A DNA stretch of 64,000 bases. Origin: Antedon mediterranea (Eukaryota > Animalia > Echinodermata). The stretch lies in assembly GCF_964355755.1 (NCBI RefSeq), contig NC_092678.1, positions 4,418,422 through 4,482,421 on the forward strand, given 5' to 3'. Below are positions 34,849-47,250 of the stretch, in pieces. The notes under the pieces are model-generated. The model did not search any database. It was not told the DNA's origin and was given only the letters and a program-made list of their open reading frames with translations. The first letter of the stretch is position 1; the number at the start of each line of letters is the position of its first letter. The position numbers and the translations under genes were made by a program.

Positions 34849-37384
34849 GCAAGTCCATCATACATTATACAAATAATGCATGTTTGTGAGTTGAATGGAA
34901 AGACTATTTCATGAGTTGAAACACTGACTGTTCTATTCAACAAAGAGAAGCTGAGGGGAATAGTACAGTCATGCTATCAACTAATGAAAATATTCTCTAC
35001 ATTCAACAAATACAAAACAGTCAATATTTGTTTTATAACACACCTACTTTTTATAACTCAGCCGATTCCATCTTATTGAATGTGAAAGGCTTGTCCAATT
35101 TTGGCTGCTGACACTGACAGTTATAAGGTGTTTTTCCTGTCATGCAATATTCAGACCTATTGTATTCCACAACATTTTCTGAACATGCAATAGTACCTTT
35201 TCAATCGTTGAAGGGGAAAAAATAATGCATGGTACGTGATAAAAATCAACTAATAAATGACAAGGATGTAATTATATATTGGTGTGTTATAAATAAAAAC
35301 AGCATTATCATTAATGATCAACATTTTTAAAATGCTTTTATATTGCAGTATGTTTTAAATGGTTTTGGATTTTATGTTTCACTTTTTTTTGGGAGTCGGC
35401 TGCTGATATTTGTGATTGTCTTTTGACCAATAGTCTTCCATAATGTGGTGTAACATAACAAGTGAATTTTATCGGTTTTATTTGGTGTAATGCTATAATG
35501 ACAACAGCATCTTTGTAGAGTAAGTTATTACGAATTTAATTATTGGTATTTTACATTTTAACAGTAAAACTGAACAATTTCTGATTATCCTTGTTGTTGA
35601 ATAACTTATGTACAAACAAAATCCTGTTTATCTAATAATGTTCATTGGTGTATTACAAGATTTTAAAAGTTGAGCAAATATAACTAGGGTTTTTAATTGG
35701 TATACTGGAATTATAGGCTACCATTATAAGTGTTTTGTATAAACACTGGCATCTATTTATAAAGTATGGTGTTTGGCAGGCGTAGTGGTAGATACTGTAC
35801 AAGGCACCTGCCACTCTGTGACCATAACAGACCCTTGTTTCCTCTTGATTGGGCTTGACATTAAACCAATCTTCAGGTTATATACCACCTGTGTCCCCAA
35901 ATGCTTGGGTTAATAGTAATTAACCCACATAATAGGTTAATGTGCTTGCATTGCGACTTGCATTCTTGCGTTGTGTCCTAGTTTGACGCAACGCAACCAA
36001 GTTTGCAATGCAAATGAGTTGACCAATCACAAGTGACAGTTGGGGATGATCCACGCATCATGATTGGTTTAATTACTTGCAGTGAGCTACGTCCAATTAA
36101 ATGTTGGCCCTTTCAAGACTAAATTGATGTTTACTTTGAATACGTATTAATGGTGCCAAATAAGCGTTTGGTGGTGTGTTGATGTTTGATAGCTCAAACC
36201 AAGGAAATTTAGATAATTTAAAAACAATCTGCGAGCAGTTTGAGCATATTTTTTAATATGGTGTGTTGTAGCTGGTTAGTGTAGTCTATTTCATGGCCTT
36301 GTAGGGAGATTTTTGTCGTCATGAGTTGCGCTGGTCACAAAATGACGCCTGCAATGTAGTTGTCCAAACTTCTCCCTATAATGGCTGGTATTATAGTTAA
36401 GACATGTTCGTTATATATGGATTCATCATCTTCTTCCATACTGTATTTGAATAGATAGATATTAGAAATACTTTACAGTATCATAGTTTAAAATAGCAAA
36501 ATTACAAAAACTACTATGCTCACATTAATATATATATAATTGTATCTGGAGGATAGACATTTTGATTGGGCACACATCAATATTCAGAAAATACTTATAT
36601 TATAAAACTTTTGTTTGTACTTCGGATGCCTTTCCAATAAACCACATATTCACCATAGAAAATGAAAACAACATTAATTCATAAATGTCATTTATAATTA
36701 GCCAATTTCAAAATGTTTTTCTATTATTCATAGTAGAACATATTTTGATATATTTTAATATTTTAAGATACTTTATGCATAATTTATACGTTACAGGGTA
36801 AATTTTGATTACTTTAACCTTTTAAAGTTGGCTCTAAGTAGTTATTGTTCAGAACTTATTTTGTCAAACTCTTTGATGCACATCATTGGTAATGGCGATT
36901 TTAAAATGAATTTGTTCAAATGAATATGATAGGCCTATGCCTATGACAACTGGTTCAATTTATACGGGTTGTACAACAGCATGTTCTGTAAAGCAATAGT
37001 TCAAGTAGGTTGTTTAGAAGGTGAAGTAACTTTTTCATTTCTACATTTTTCAAATATTAAAATTGTAAATAATGGAACAATAAATGATTATTGGGTTATA
37101 TTTGTGTGTTCTTTGTTTTCTTGTTCAAGAATTTGTATATTCCTTTGCAAGAGTCAGTAAGAGATAACATTTAAATGTTTTTAGTTGTGTTAAGTTATTG
37201 AAATGTGTTTTATTTAGAGTGTTTTGAATAGTCTTACTCAATTCTGAGTTAAAAGGCAGTTATTGCGTTCCATACCAATAGTAGTCACTCAAGCGTAACA
37301 TTAAATGCAATTTTTGCGTTCCATATCAATAATAGTCACCCAAGCGTAACAATCAAACTAACTCGACCCTCGGAGGCAGAGACG

Positions 37385-37390
37385 CACGTG
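37385..37390 (+). promoter_or_regulatory. E-box CACGTG about 60 bp upstream of the NOL9 ATG (candidate Myc/Max site)
   Basis: Exact CACGTG in a CpG-containing island-like segment. TSS-proximal E-boxes are typical of metazoan ribosome-biogenesis genes. A 38-bp direct repeat (37263-37300, 37314-37351) lies just upstream. Confidence 0.4.
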
Positions 37391-37451
37391 TGAACAGTTT
37401 CTCTGGGAAAAAGGCAGGCCTAGCCTAGTCCTTGAACTAAAAAGTTGTGAC

Positions 37452-40400
37452 ATGTCATCTAAAACACGGTAAATAATACAATATTGTCATTAATTTCTTC
37501 AGTTTATACATGAATAAATAAATTGTTGGCGTATAGGCCCTCGTTAGCTAGGCTACCCATCTACGATTACCATCGATCGTCTCTCTCTACTAGCGGTAGC
37601 CTATCGTGAATTGGTGGCATCCTGACTGGTGCACTCTGCTGGCTGCCACCACGAGCCTAAGAAGCTAGGCCTAGTAGTAGGCCTTCTAGTCTAGGCCTCC
37701 TAGCTAGGCGATCTATGATAGAAGTAGGGCCTACTAGGTAGCCTATTATGTAGTAAGTAGCTAACTAACCTACTCCCAGCCAGGTCTAAAAAGAAATACA
37801 GTAGTAGTAGGCCTTCTATTCTAGTCTAGGCCTCCTAACTAGGCGAATATATGATAGAAGTAGGGCCTACTAGGTAGCCTATTATAGAGTAGTAAGTAGC
37901 TAACTAACCTACTCCCAGCCAGGTCTAAAAAGAAATACAGTAATATAATAATAATATAGAATAGGCCTAGGCTAGGCCTACTAGTCTACCATAACTAGGG
38001 CCTAGGCCAAAAGTATTAAGTCAATTTGTATAAATTTACAGAGATGGATTTTCCATCAATATTCTCCATAAGACCAAGAACAAGATAATCAAAAAGGGAA
38101 AAGAGAAGAAGGTAAAAGAAAAGAAAGTAAAAAGTATTGCAGACTCATTGAATCTCAAACGAACACCCATTCCTAAAAAATGTGACCCGTCTAAAAGTAA
38201 TGGAAGTACTCATCTATCAACGAAAGGTTAGTATCAATTAAGGATGTAAATTAATAATCATGAAAATTCTCCCTCTAGCTATGAGTAAGACCAACGACAC
38301 ATTCCTAAAAAAATTACCTGTTTAAGTTCAAACAAAAGGTTATCATAAAACCTCTAAAAAAAGCCCATCTTACTAAAAGCCTTCATCTTCTTCTTGTGTT
38401 ATTTTAAAGTTTTCGACGTACTGCAGTAATAATGTAACGAATGTAGGTTCATAGAATTTCAAAGGAAAAAAGAAATAATATCCCTCTCAATCTTAACTTA
38501 CCAATTCATAGGATAATTACAATCTATTATTTTTATTAGGTCAAGGTAAATCGGATAAAATTCGAAACAAAACAGTGAAACAAAAGAAGTCTAAGAAAAA
38601 AGAGAAAACTGTTAAAACAATTGCACAAACAGTAAAAAGTGTTTTTAAAACCAAAAAGGATAAAAATGTTAAAAAGAAAAATAAATTACATAAAAATAAA
38701 AAGGATTTTAACCAAAATGTAAAAAAGGTACCAAAAGTGAACAACAATTATGTGTCGGCCATTGGTGAGAAAGTTTGTGTTGTTGAAGGTTTCAAGCAGA
38801 AATCTGCAGATAACTCTTGGATTGATGTCAGTCACATTGAAGGGGATGATGGCAGTGATGGTGACCTTGAAATACCATCCGTCAGTCTCGGTGATGGTGA
38901 TCTAAAAATAGATTATGCAAACTGCTTTAAAAGTGACGTTGGTGTCGTTGACCTTGCTGCAACAAATTTGAGATTAAAACCATCTAGAAAAAAAATAAAA
39001 AAGATTACAAAGAAGAAACTGAGATCTAATGATGATGAACATTTGAGCAGTGACATACTACATGTCGGCCCTTTGAAGTTTACTAGTGGTACGCTTCCAT
39101 CATTATTAACATCTACACCAATAGAAAAGTGGGGTTTCTTCAATGAGGATATGGAGACATCTGTCATCACGCACAAAGAAGTCCCTTCAACAGAACAATC
39201 TCATAAGTCATGCTCACTTAAACGTAAAGTCGTTGCTGATTCACAACTACAGAATAAATCAAAGAGTGCAAAACCTAATGTAACATCTGTACTTGTAAAG
39301 TACAAGTGAGTATTAACTCCTCTTTTTTTTTAAATATTATAATTTCTAGTTCTTTGCCTTTATTCCTTGAAAACTTTTTGAAGCTCTGTCTACACTATCA
39401 AACTTTATATGACAAAAAATGTGATGTGCCCATATATTGACATGATGATGTCATGGGGCATATCACTACCATTATTTGGGCACATCAAACTTTTTTTGTC
39501 CAACTAGTTTGATAGTGTAGACAGAGCTTTACAAATGATTGACTGTTTTGATGTTTGTTTTTTAATTGTATAGGTTGTACAGGTTGGAGGATTCCTCACA
39601 GTGTTTAGCTGTGCTTTCATTTGGAGCTGTTTTTGCATTTTATGGAAAAGCATTTATCAAAGTTATGTACGGTGGTGCTAATATTCTAGGCTATGAAATG
39701 ACGAATGTCGATGACTATATTCCAGTATTCTGTCCGCAAAGCCACAGCGCCATCACAATTACAACAGGGCAATCGGATTTAGATAACGATAAATTAGAAA
39801 ATATTTTGAATAGGATACAGTTTACTGATAATTCAGTAAGATTGGATATAAAAGATCAGATGTCTGCTGGTGACTGCTGTTTACTTTCTATAGTGAAGAT
39901 GACCTCTGGTTTGTCCTGGTATTTAACTTCCTTCAGTGACTTCAAAGATCTGTTTGATACTAAATTACCAAAGACACATTTGCGGGTAAGAGAGTGTTTT
40001 TATCTTTGTTGAATGCATAAGTAAACTGCTGATGAAGTGCCTTAGGTGATTTGCAAGTTAAAAGATCTTTACTGACATAGAAATAGAATGCCACAGAGAA
40101 GTATCTTGTCAGGTGGCACTACTTGGAGAACTTTGAGTTAAACCTTGGAATGGTGGTGATGAATATTGTTCTTAAAATGTTCTCGATTCTAAATACATTC
40201 CATAAACTTTGTATGATAAATAATGTCTTTCTTTATTAGACAAGTAACATAGAAATTGCCTTCAGTGTTGGACTGGAGCTAATAGTCTCAGAAAAAGACT
40301 TTAAGAACACAATGCAACCTTCTAGTCAGTATGATAGCGTTTGTGATGTCGTCTCCGTTAGTTTGACAGAATTGACACCTGTAGTTCTGGTCTGTGGCAA

Positions 40401-43400
40401 GAAGAATGTTGGAAAATCTACCTTCTGTAGATATCTCATCAACTCTATGCTAAACAAGTAAGATGGTTAACGCTCACAATATTTTAGACCAGTAGGCCTT
40501 GCTCTTCAGACCTAAAGATGCAACATATCCTGTAACTGAGCAAAAACCATTTATGTTTCAACTTTAGGTGTGGAAATGTTATGTACTTGGAATGTGACAT
40601 TGGTCAAACAGAATTCTCATCACCAGGATTTGTATCACTGACTCAAGTGTCGCAGCCAATCGTAGGTCCTCCATTCACCCATCATATGAAGTCTAAAAGG
40701 TTTGTTTCACATGTTTTTGTAGGCCTTCTTTTCAACCATCATACAAAGTCTAAAAAGTTTGATTTCTAGCCTGTGCTCAATATTATTATATTAGTTTTTA
40801 TCTATACTTTCGATTGATTTAAAGAATCTAAACAGAAGAATGTAAATCACAATAATTTCTGTTGTTGTCTTTTCAGAAAGTGTTACTTTGGTGGTGTTAG
40901 TGTAAATGATTCTCCCGACAGATACGTTGCATGCATTAAGTATATACTTAGTCACTATAAACAGTGTTACAGTGAAGTCCCACTGGTGATCAACACAATG
41001 GGATGGATACAAGGTATGGTAACCTCACTGAGTTATTCTTTTGTGCTCTTTTTTACTGGGTCATCACAGAAACTTATATTCCATCCATCTCTCTGCATCT
41101 TCTCTCTCACATTAAATTTCTTCTCCTGTTTATTTTAGATTTGGGTCTGATGCTATTGATTGACACAGTTCGTTTGTCTAACCCAACACATATTGTACAG
41201 TTTACCTTACCAGTACAAACCACACCTCCCCCACTGGATACCAAGTACCTGAGTTCAGCTGAAGGCTGGGACACAGGTGTGTGCTTAGAGGCACAGGGTG
41301 TTGGCTTGGAACTAGAGAGTGATGGTGTAGATTCAGAGATTGAAGGTTCAGAACCAGAGATAGAATACCAAGAGTCTCATGGCGTTGAGAAGGCAGGCCT
41401 AAAGAACAAAGCTATAAGCTTTCAATCAGAGGGGTTAACACATAATGCTCAGTTACTGGAAATTAATGTCCTAATGGAACATCCGACAAAGTAAGTGCTT
41501 GCTATTTTTAATATCTGATTGTATTTAATTTTGTTTGAGATGTTTTGTTTTACCTACATTCATTTAATATTCAATTTCTCTTTTGTTTCAGTCAAAAGTA
41601 TAAGAATTCTGAAATTCGGACACTTGCACTTCTGTCTTCATTGTTTGATCTTCAACCTAATCCTTTACCAGAAAAACCTATACCTCTCACAGCGATGGTA
41701 CCAATGGTGTTGCCATGGACACAAGTAGCAATACACATTCCTCATTTTCAAGTACCAAAATCAGAAGTACTCTATGCTTTGAATGCTAGTCTAGTGGCTC
41801 TATGTGTATCTGATAGCAGCCAGGTAAGTTTTACTATTAACTCTCAGTAAGAGCTTTTGATTTGAGTTGGCCTAGGAACAAGTTAGGTTGTTATTTCATT
41901 GTGCACATGTGGGGCCTAGGAACAAGTTAGGTTGTTATTTCATTGTGCACATGTGGGGCCTAGGAACAAGTTAGGTTGTTATTTCATTGTGCACATGGTG
42001 GGGCCTAGGAACAAGTTAGGTTGTTATTTCATTGTGCACATGTGGGGCCTAGGAACAAGTTAGGTTGTTATTTCATTGTGCATATGTGGGGCCTAGGAAC
42101 AAGTTAGGTTGTTATTTCATTGTGCACATGTAGGGAAGTTAGGATTGCTTCCTCACTATTCCTCGGCTCAGTTTTGGAGGTTTCTAGGCCAGGTAAAGAT
42201 GACGCTTCAATGCATAATCGAAAGTTCCTATTATTCAATACTTGCCTTACAATATTGTCAGTACCTGCCTGCAAAACACTTAATTGTTTCTAAAGGTCTA
42301 CGAAATCTGAACAAATAAATGTCGGTTTTTTATAGGTTGATGAAGTTGATGTCGAAGACAATCTGAAAATTGTAAAGTCAGTGCCAATATGTGAATCATT
42401 TGGAGTGGGTATGCTTTATTGTTTTATTATGCAATTCATTTATCAAGACAAACAAATCATAGTGTCTGATCATCACATTTAATTACAAACATAACCAAGG
42501 CCTAGTTATAGTGAGCAAGCTTTTATGTAGGCCTACATGAGTGTAGGTCAGTTACAATCAAAACCATTGATGTACAGATATTTAACAAGCATATTCATGA
42601 TAGAGTCAACTTTAAATTGTTGAGTCTTATCAAAGTCTATGTGTATATCTTCCTAACTAGTAACTTAACCCCTCGGTATAAACACATTAAAATTACTAAG
42701 CAAAGAAGCATCAGAATTGCTATACTATCTATCAGATAATATTCAATAAATGTTAGCGATTTTGCACCAGACTGCAAGTGATCACTGCCAAATTTTATCA
42801 TGTGCTCCATCCACTTAGCGGTTTCAACTTGAGGTATGTGAACCGTGTCACGCATTATCTTAGAACGGAGAGACGCAATGTCTCCATAACTGAAATAAAA
42901 TCAAAGTACAGTGGTTGGTTTAGTTTAGTTTTTTGTCTTTTTGTTTTTTGTTTAACATTCCTTTTTTGACTTCTTTATTCTGTGTAATTGTATAGAAATC
43001 ATTAAATGTATTGATATGATGTTGTCCTGTAAATATTGTATATATAAAGCAGAGAGGAGCTAGAACATAATCAACTGTACCTTGCAATACAAGATGAGGA
43101 ATATCACATTTTAAAATACTTTACCGTTTGTTTGAGACGACTTTCATAATAGTTTGATAAAGACTTTCCGATGTCAATGTATTGATATCAATTACTTCTG
43201 CCATGCCATGAGCCACTAGTCTTGCAATGTTATCATGTTGGTCTTGGTACATCGGTATACCTATGACTGGTGTACCGTGATAAACTGCTTGGTACACACC
43301 ATTGATGCCACCATGGTACATCATAGCTTTTACATTTGGATGTCCTGTTAATAAAAAGACAATAATAGTGTGATGGCGCTAGTTACAATCCGTTATGCGT

Positions 43401-45764
43401 GATCAATTAATGAATAGCGTAAAAATAGGGAGGAAGATTTGTACTTGTTGTTCTCTGCGACCACAAGAGTCTGATATGAATTTAGCTGATTGTCGTTTTG
43501 TACTTGTCCGAAGATTAATGACCAACATCATAGCAGTAAGCATAGCAGTAATGGTAGCAAACATAGGGCAGTAGTACCAAAAATGGTGGCAGATTAAATA
43601 AAATTGTAAAAATTACCCAGCAAGTCATTTTGTGGGATCCAACTCATCAGCTTGGTGTTATTTCCAAGACTTGGTGGTGAAACGTTGCTGGTGTACCGCC
43701 ATATTACTTTGTATGGTAGACGAGCAAAGGCAGAAGCAAAGGATTCTAAAAGAACGTTGGATGAAATATTGATAGTAGAACCCATGGAGATGAGGATGAC
43801 GCCTCGTTCTGCTGACTCTATGAAGGATAGCAATTCCTGACAAGAAAGAAAAATAATCCTGTTAGATATCAAAGAGAGGGGGTATATTTGTACAAAAGTT
43901 ATAGGCGGCAAAGGGCTATGTACTCTCTCAAGAGTTCAGGCGAAGCTCTGTTATGTGCTTAATAACCCACTCTGAAGTATAAATACAACGAATGAGAAAG
44001 AAACACTACGTATGGCAAAAGGGAAGAAAAGAAGTCTATCCAAAAAGAAACACTGTATATTCAGTGGATTAAAGTTTCATTCCAACTTACATTATCTAAA
44101 ATTGGATTTGCTGGTGTGGACAACATTCCTCGCGTGCAAACTATGTTATTGGTTATCGGCCGTGGAAACTCCAATGCAGGATGGCAGTTCACTCCAAACC
44201 AGATGCCAACATTCGAAAACAGGTTCTTCTTATTGTTGTTTAGAGAATACTTCTCCGCTATATTTTGGATTGGTTGGTGCACTATAATATCGAAGATAAA
44301 TGGAACAAACTGAATCAAGAAGGAGTTTTTGACTCGTTCGAAGAAAGACATTTTATCAGTGAGATGTGAGTAACCTTCTGGAACGTAAGCTGGGTTACTG
44401 GGTACATGCAGTTTAGAGACTAACGAAGGTAGAATCGGCGGCGTGTCCATTGTAACGTATGGTAAATGAAGACGCTCAGCTAAAACGTGATGACACGGCA
44501 ACATCGAATCTCCTACCAGAAGATCGAAGTTCTCCTTCTGTATTCTTTTAAGTAACTCGGCATCTTTTAAGACAATATCGCATGTAATCGTCGATACCTG
44601 TAGAGCATTAGTAAATTTATTTGATTCATTATTTTGGGCAAACGTCGATAGGATCGTGTTAACTGTGGCAAAGAAAGATGACGTTTCTCCATTTGCTGAT
44701 TTTTCCAAAAAGCTGTTGATTACTTCGTTAACTTCTTCTGCTGTGTAATTTACAGGTATAGTTAAGTAGGAGAACGCTTTGTTTTTGTCAGTCTGTACCC
44801 TACGCTCATAGTAAACATCTGGAATTAATGAGTAAACATCATGGCCACAAGTGGAAAGAGAATTTGCCCAAAAATTGGCAACACGAACATGGCTTCCCAT
44901 CGGTAAACATCCGACATAAAAAAGAATCTTCGAAGAAGCCACGATTTGACTAAAAATCATAACAAGGAAGAACCTGAAATCAATCATCATTACTACGAGT
45001 GTAGGCTACAAGTTATGTTAACACAATGCTTTAGTAACTCGTATTAGCCGAAATGTAAGCTGCCATAATAAGTTGCTGGTACCACGCAGGCCTAACTCGG
45101 GCAATATCTAGACCCTCATGGTAATAAAATCGAGTCTATAGTTACATTCTAAATTCCTTAGCCTCTAATTCTTCAATTACAGTTGACTTTCTGATTTTAA
45201 TGTTTTATTTTATTCAGTTGCTTCAATCCTACCAATAATTCTACAATAAAGTCACATTTGTGTTGTTACTGACATATTTATGTTATTTTCACTATTTAAT
45301 CTCGAAATAAGAGAACTGTAAACCACCCACAGATAAAATGATGTAACAAATACCAGAACGTAAAATTGATGTTTTTTAACAGGTGTGGTTCGTGCTATAG
45401 ACCCAGTTAACCAACTGTTTTATATCATTACTCCTGTTGATGATCAGGTTCTACAAAGTGTAAACCTTCTAGTTCTGGGTTCTGTACCGCTTCCCAAACA
45501 GCTCCTTGAACAGGTAAGCTACAGTTTACAACCTCTTGTACTAAAGGGCTGCGTTCCCGTAGATCGCAAGAATCTCTTCATTTTACGAGCTATGGTCGTT
45601 TTATTTTGCCAATCATTTCATATTATTTACAGGATCAAGATGGTAGCGTGCCATATACAAAATACCATTCCACGTTTAAACAGACTGGATCAGCTCCACT
45701 GAGGAAGCGAAAAAACATTAAGAGATACAATCCCAGATGGAAAAAGAAAGTGAGAAGAAAATAA
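37452..45764 (+). CDS. NOL9: Polynucleotide 5'-hydroxyl-kinase NOL9 (Grc3/Clp1 family), 12 exons, about 928 aa
   Basis: Exons 37452-37468, 38042-38226, 38540-39305, 39574-39985, 40240-40457, 40568-40699, 40877-41013, 41139-41490, 41592-41823, 42336-42408, 45383-45513, 45633-45764 (sum 2787 nt, ATG to TAA, all GT-AG). Walker A GKKNVGKST, YLECDIGQTEFS, GPPFTH, VINTMGW, LNASLVALC, GVVRAID, and a Lys-rich nucleolar-type N-terminus. The 17-nt first exon is the least certain. Confidence 0.92.
37672..37943 (+). repeat. Tandem duplication (about 130-140 bp x2) within a CTAG/TAGGCCTA-rich NOL9 intron 1
   Basis: TAGTAGTAGGCCTTCTA...CCAGGTCTAAAAAGAAATACAGTA occurs twice. Confidence 0.85.
39382..39528. 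mobile_element. MITE family A copy in NOL9 intron 3
   Basis: Matching TIRs AGCTCTGTCTACACTATCAAACT / AGTTTGATAGTGTAGACAGAGCT. Confidence 0.85.
41869..42140 (+). repeat. 44-bp minisatellite, about 6 copies
   Basis: GGCCTAGGAACAAGTTAGGTTGTTATTTCATTGTGCACATGTGG at 41869, 41913, 41957 and onward. Confidence 0.93.
42637..44990 (-). CDS. UGT: UDP-glucuronosyl/UDP-glycosyltransferase (GT1, UGT2-like), 4 exons, 530 aa, nested antisense in NOL9 intron 10
   Basis: Minus-strand exons 44990-44091, 43836-43617, 43344-43125, 42889-42637 (1593 nt, GT-AG, in frame). Signal peptide, catalytic GSH His, LLVGD Asp, PSNPAYVP, DKMSFFERVKN, signature [44 protein letters not shown], and C-terminal TM helix. Confidence 0.93.
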
Positions 45765-46204
45765 ACTGGAAATTTAATTTAAATATTAATTTAATTTATC
45801 AAAAATGATTGGAAATAAAGAAAGTCATACTTATGTGGTAGGCCTGTGGCTTATGGTTGATTATGAGATTTATAAATAAGTGGTAAACCATAAATGAATA
45901 ATCAATTGCCTGAAACGTCGCCCCCATGTGTTATTGATTGTTAAATCAAACTACAAATCTGTGATGTATAAATATAAATCAAGTAAGATTTTAATGTTAA
46001 TACAATCTGAATTTCATTGTTGTTGTGAATATTTTTTCAATGTCGTTTGCTCCTTTCCCTTTCTCATTCACTCTTTCCGTTTTTAATTTTCATTGTTATT
46101 GGAGCGATTATTTCCAGGTGTTTTTTTTTGCAGGACATAATTATCAATTCGTTGTGTGATTACGGATATTGATATACAACGCTTATATTTTGCATTTAAA
46201 TGTT

Positions 46205-46495
46205 CAGTTTGTACGCGCGCGTTTAAACGCCGATAATGATTTTTTTACGCGCGCGTATAAATGTTGATTAGAATGTTTTCACGCGCTCGCTTAAACGCTG
46301 ATGAGAATGGTTTTGTACGCGCGCGTGTACATGTTGATGAGATTGGTTTTGTACGCGCTGGTTTAAACGCTGATGAGAATGGATTTGTACGCGCGCGTTT
46401 AAACGCTGATGAATTTAAAATGGCTGAGTACGCGGGCGATTAAATGCCGATGAAATTGTTTTACGAACGCATTTTAACTTTGATGAATTAGTTTG
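46205..46495 (+). repeat. 36-bp CpG-rich minisatellite (TTTGTACGCGCGCGTTTAAACGCTGATGAGAATGG-like), about 8 copies
   Basis: Repeating ACGCGCGCGT / TTTAAACGC / GATGA units between the NOL9 3' end and the SLC6 start. Confidence 0.85.
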
Positions 46496-47250
46496 TGTAA
46501 GCATGCGTCAAGTATGCATGTCTTAAAAATTGACAGATACTTCTTTGCTTACTTATGAAGCTTGCATATTTGCTTTGTAAGAAAAAACTCGAAGAAGTTG
46601 ATATAAACCAAGTACATTATTAAAGCTACTCACAGAAGCATGGGATGCTTTATCTTTTGAAGTGGGCCATGATGTTTGCTGTTCACACTAGTTAAACAAT
46701 GAGACTTTAAAGACCGGATAGTGTTGACATAAGCATTTTATAGACCTGATTCAGAAGGCAAAAAAAAAAACCGCTTATACACTATTCGAATTTCAGATAC
46801 AGTTAAGAATATAAAATAAATGTGAAAAAGGAAGCTTATAAAGTCTGTTCTTCTTTCCCTTTTCTTCCAACCAATCAGTTAGACCTATTCAACAAACCCC
46901 ATGTTTGTTCAAGCACACACACAATATTAGTAACAGTCAACTAATTGTATAGCAGTTTGTAATTTAATATACAATTTTCATTAAAGTACTATAATATTAT
47001 ATTGTCAAGCACAATTTGAAATTCTGATACCTATTGTGTTACATGATTAAAACACGAGTGAGCAGCCGTAGTGTTTGAGTTGGCAACCTGCTTGCAATCA
47101 CGGCATTCCTTCCAGGGGCGGTACATAAATTTGCAAAATTTGTCGATGTGCGGCGGACGGACGGCAAACAGTTGCTTGTTGGGAACTATAGGTCGGTTAA
47201 CGTGGTCTGGGATTTAGGATTCTTATACGAGTAGCAACGTAAACAGCAAA

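Noticed and set aside
40025-40080. C/D-box-like motifs (TGATGA...CTGA) in a NOL9 intron, suggesting an intronic snoRNA
   Set aside because: Span too short, no clear terminal stem, and no rRNA antisense element recognised.
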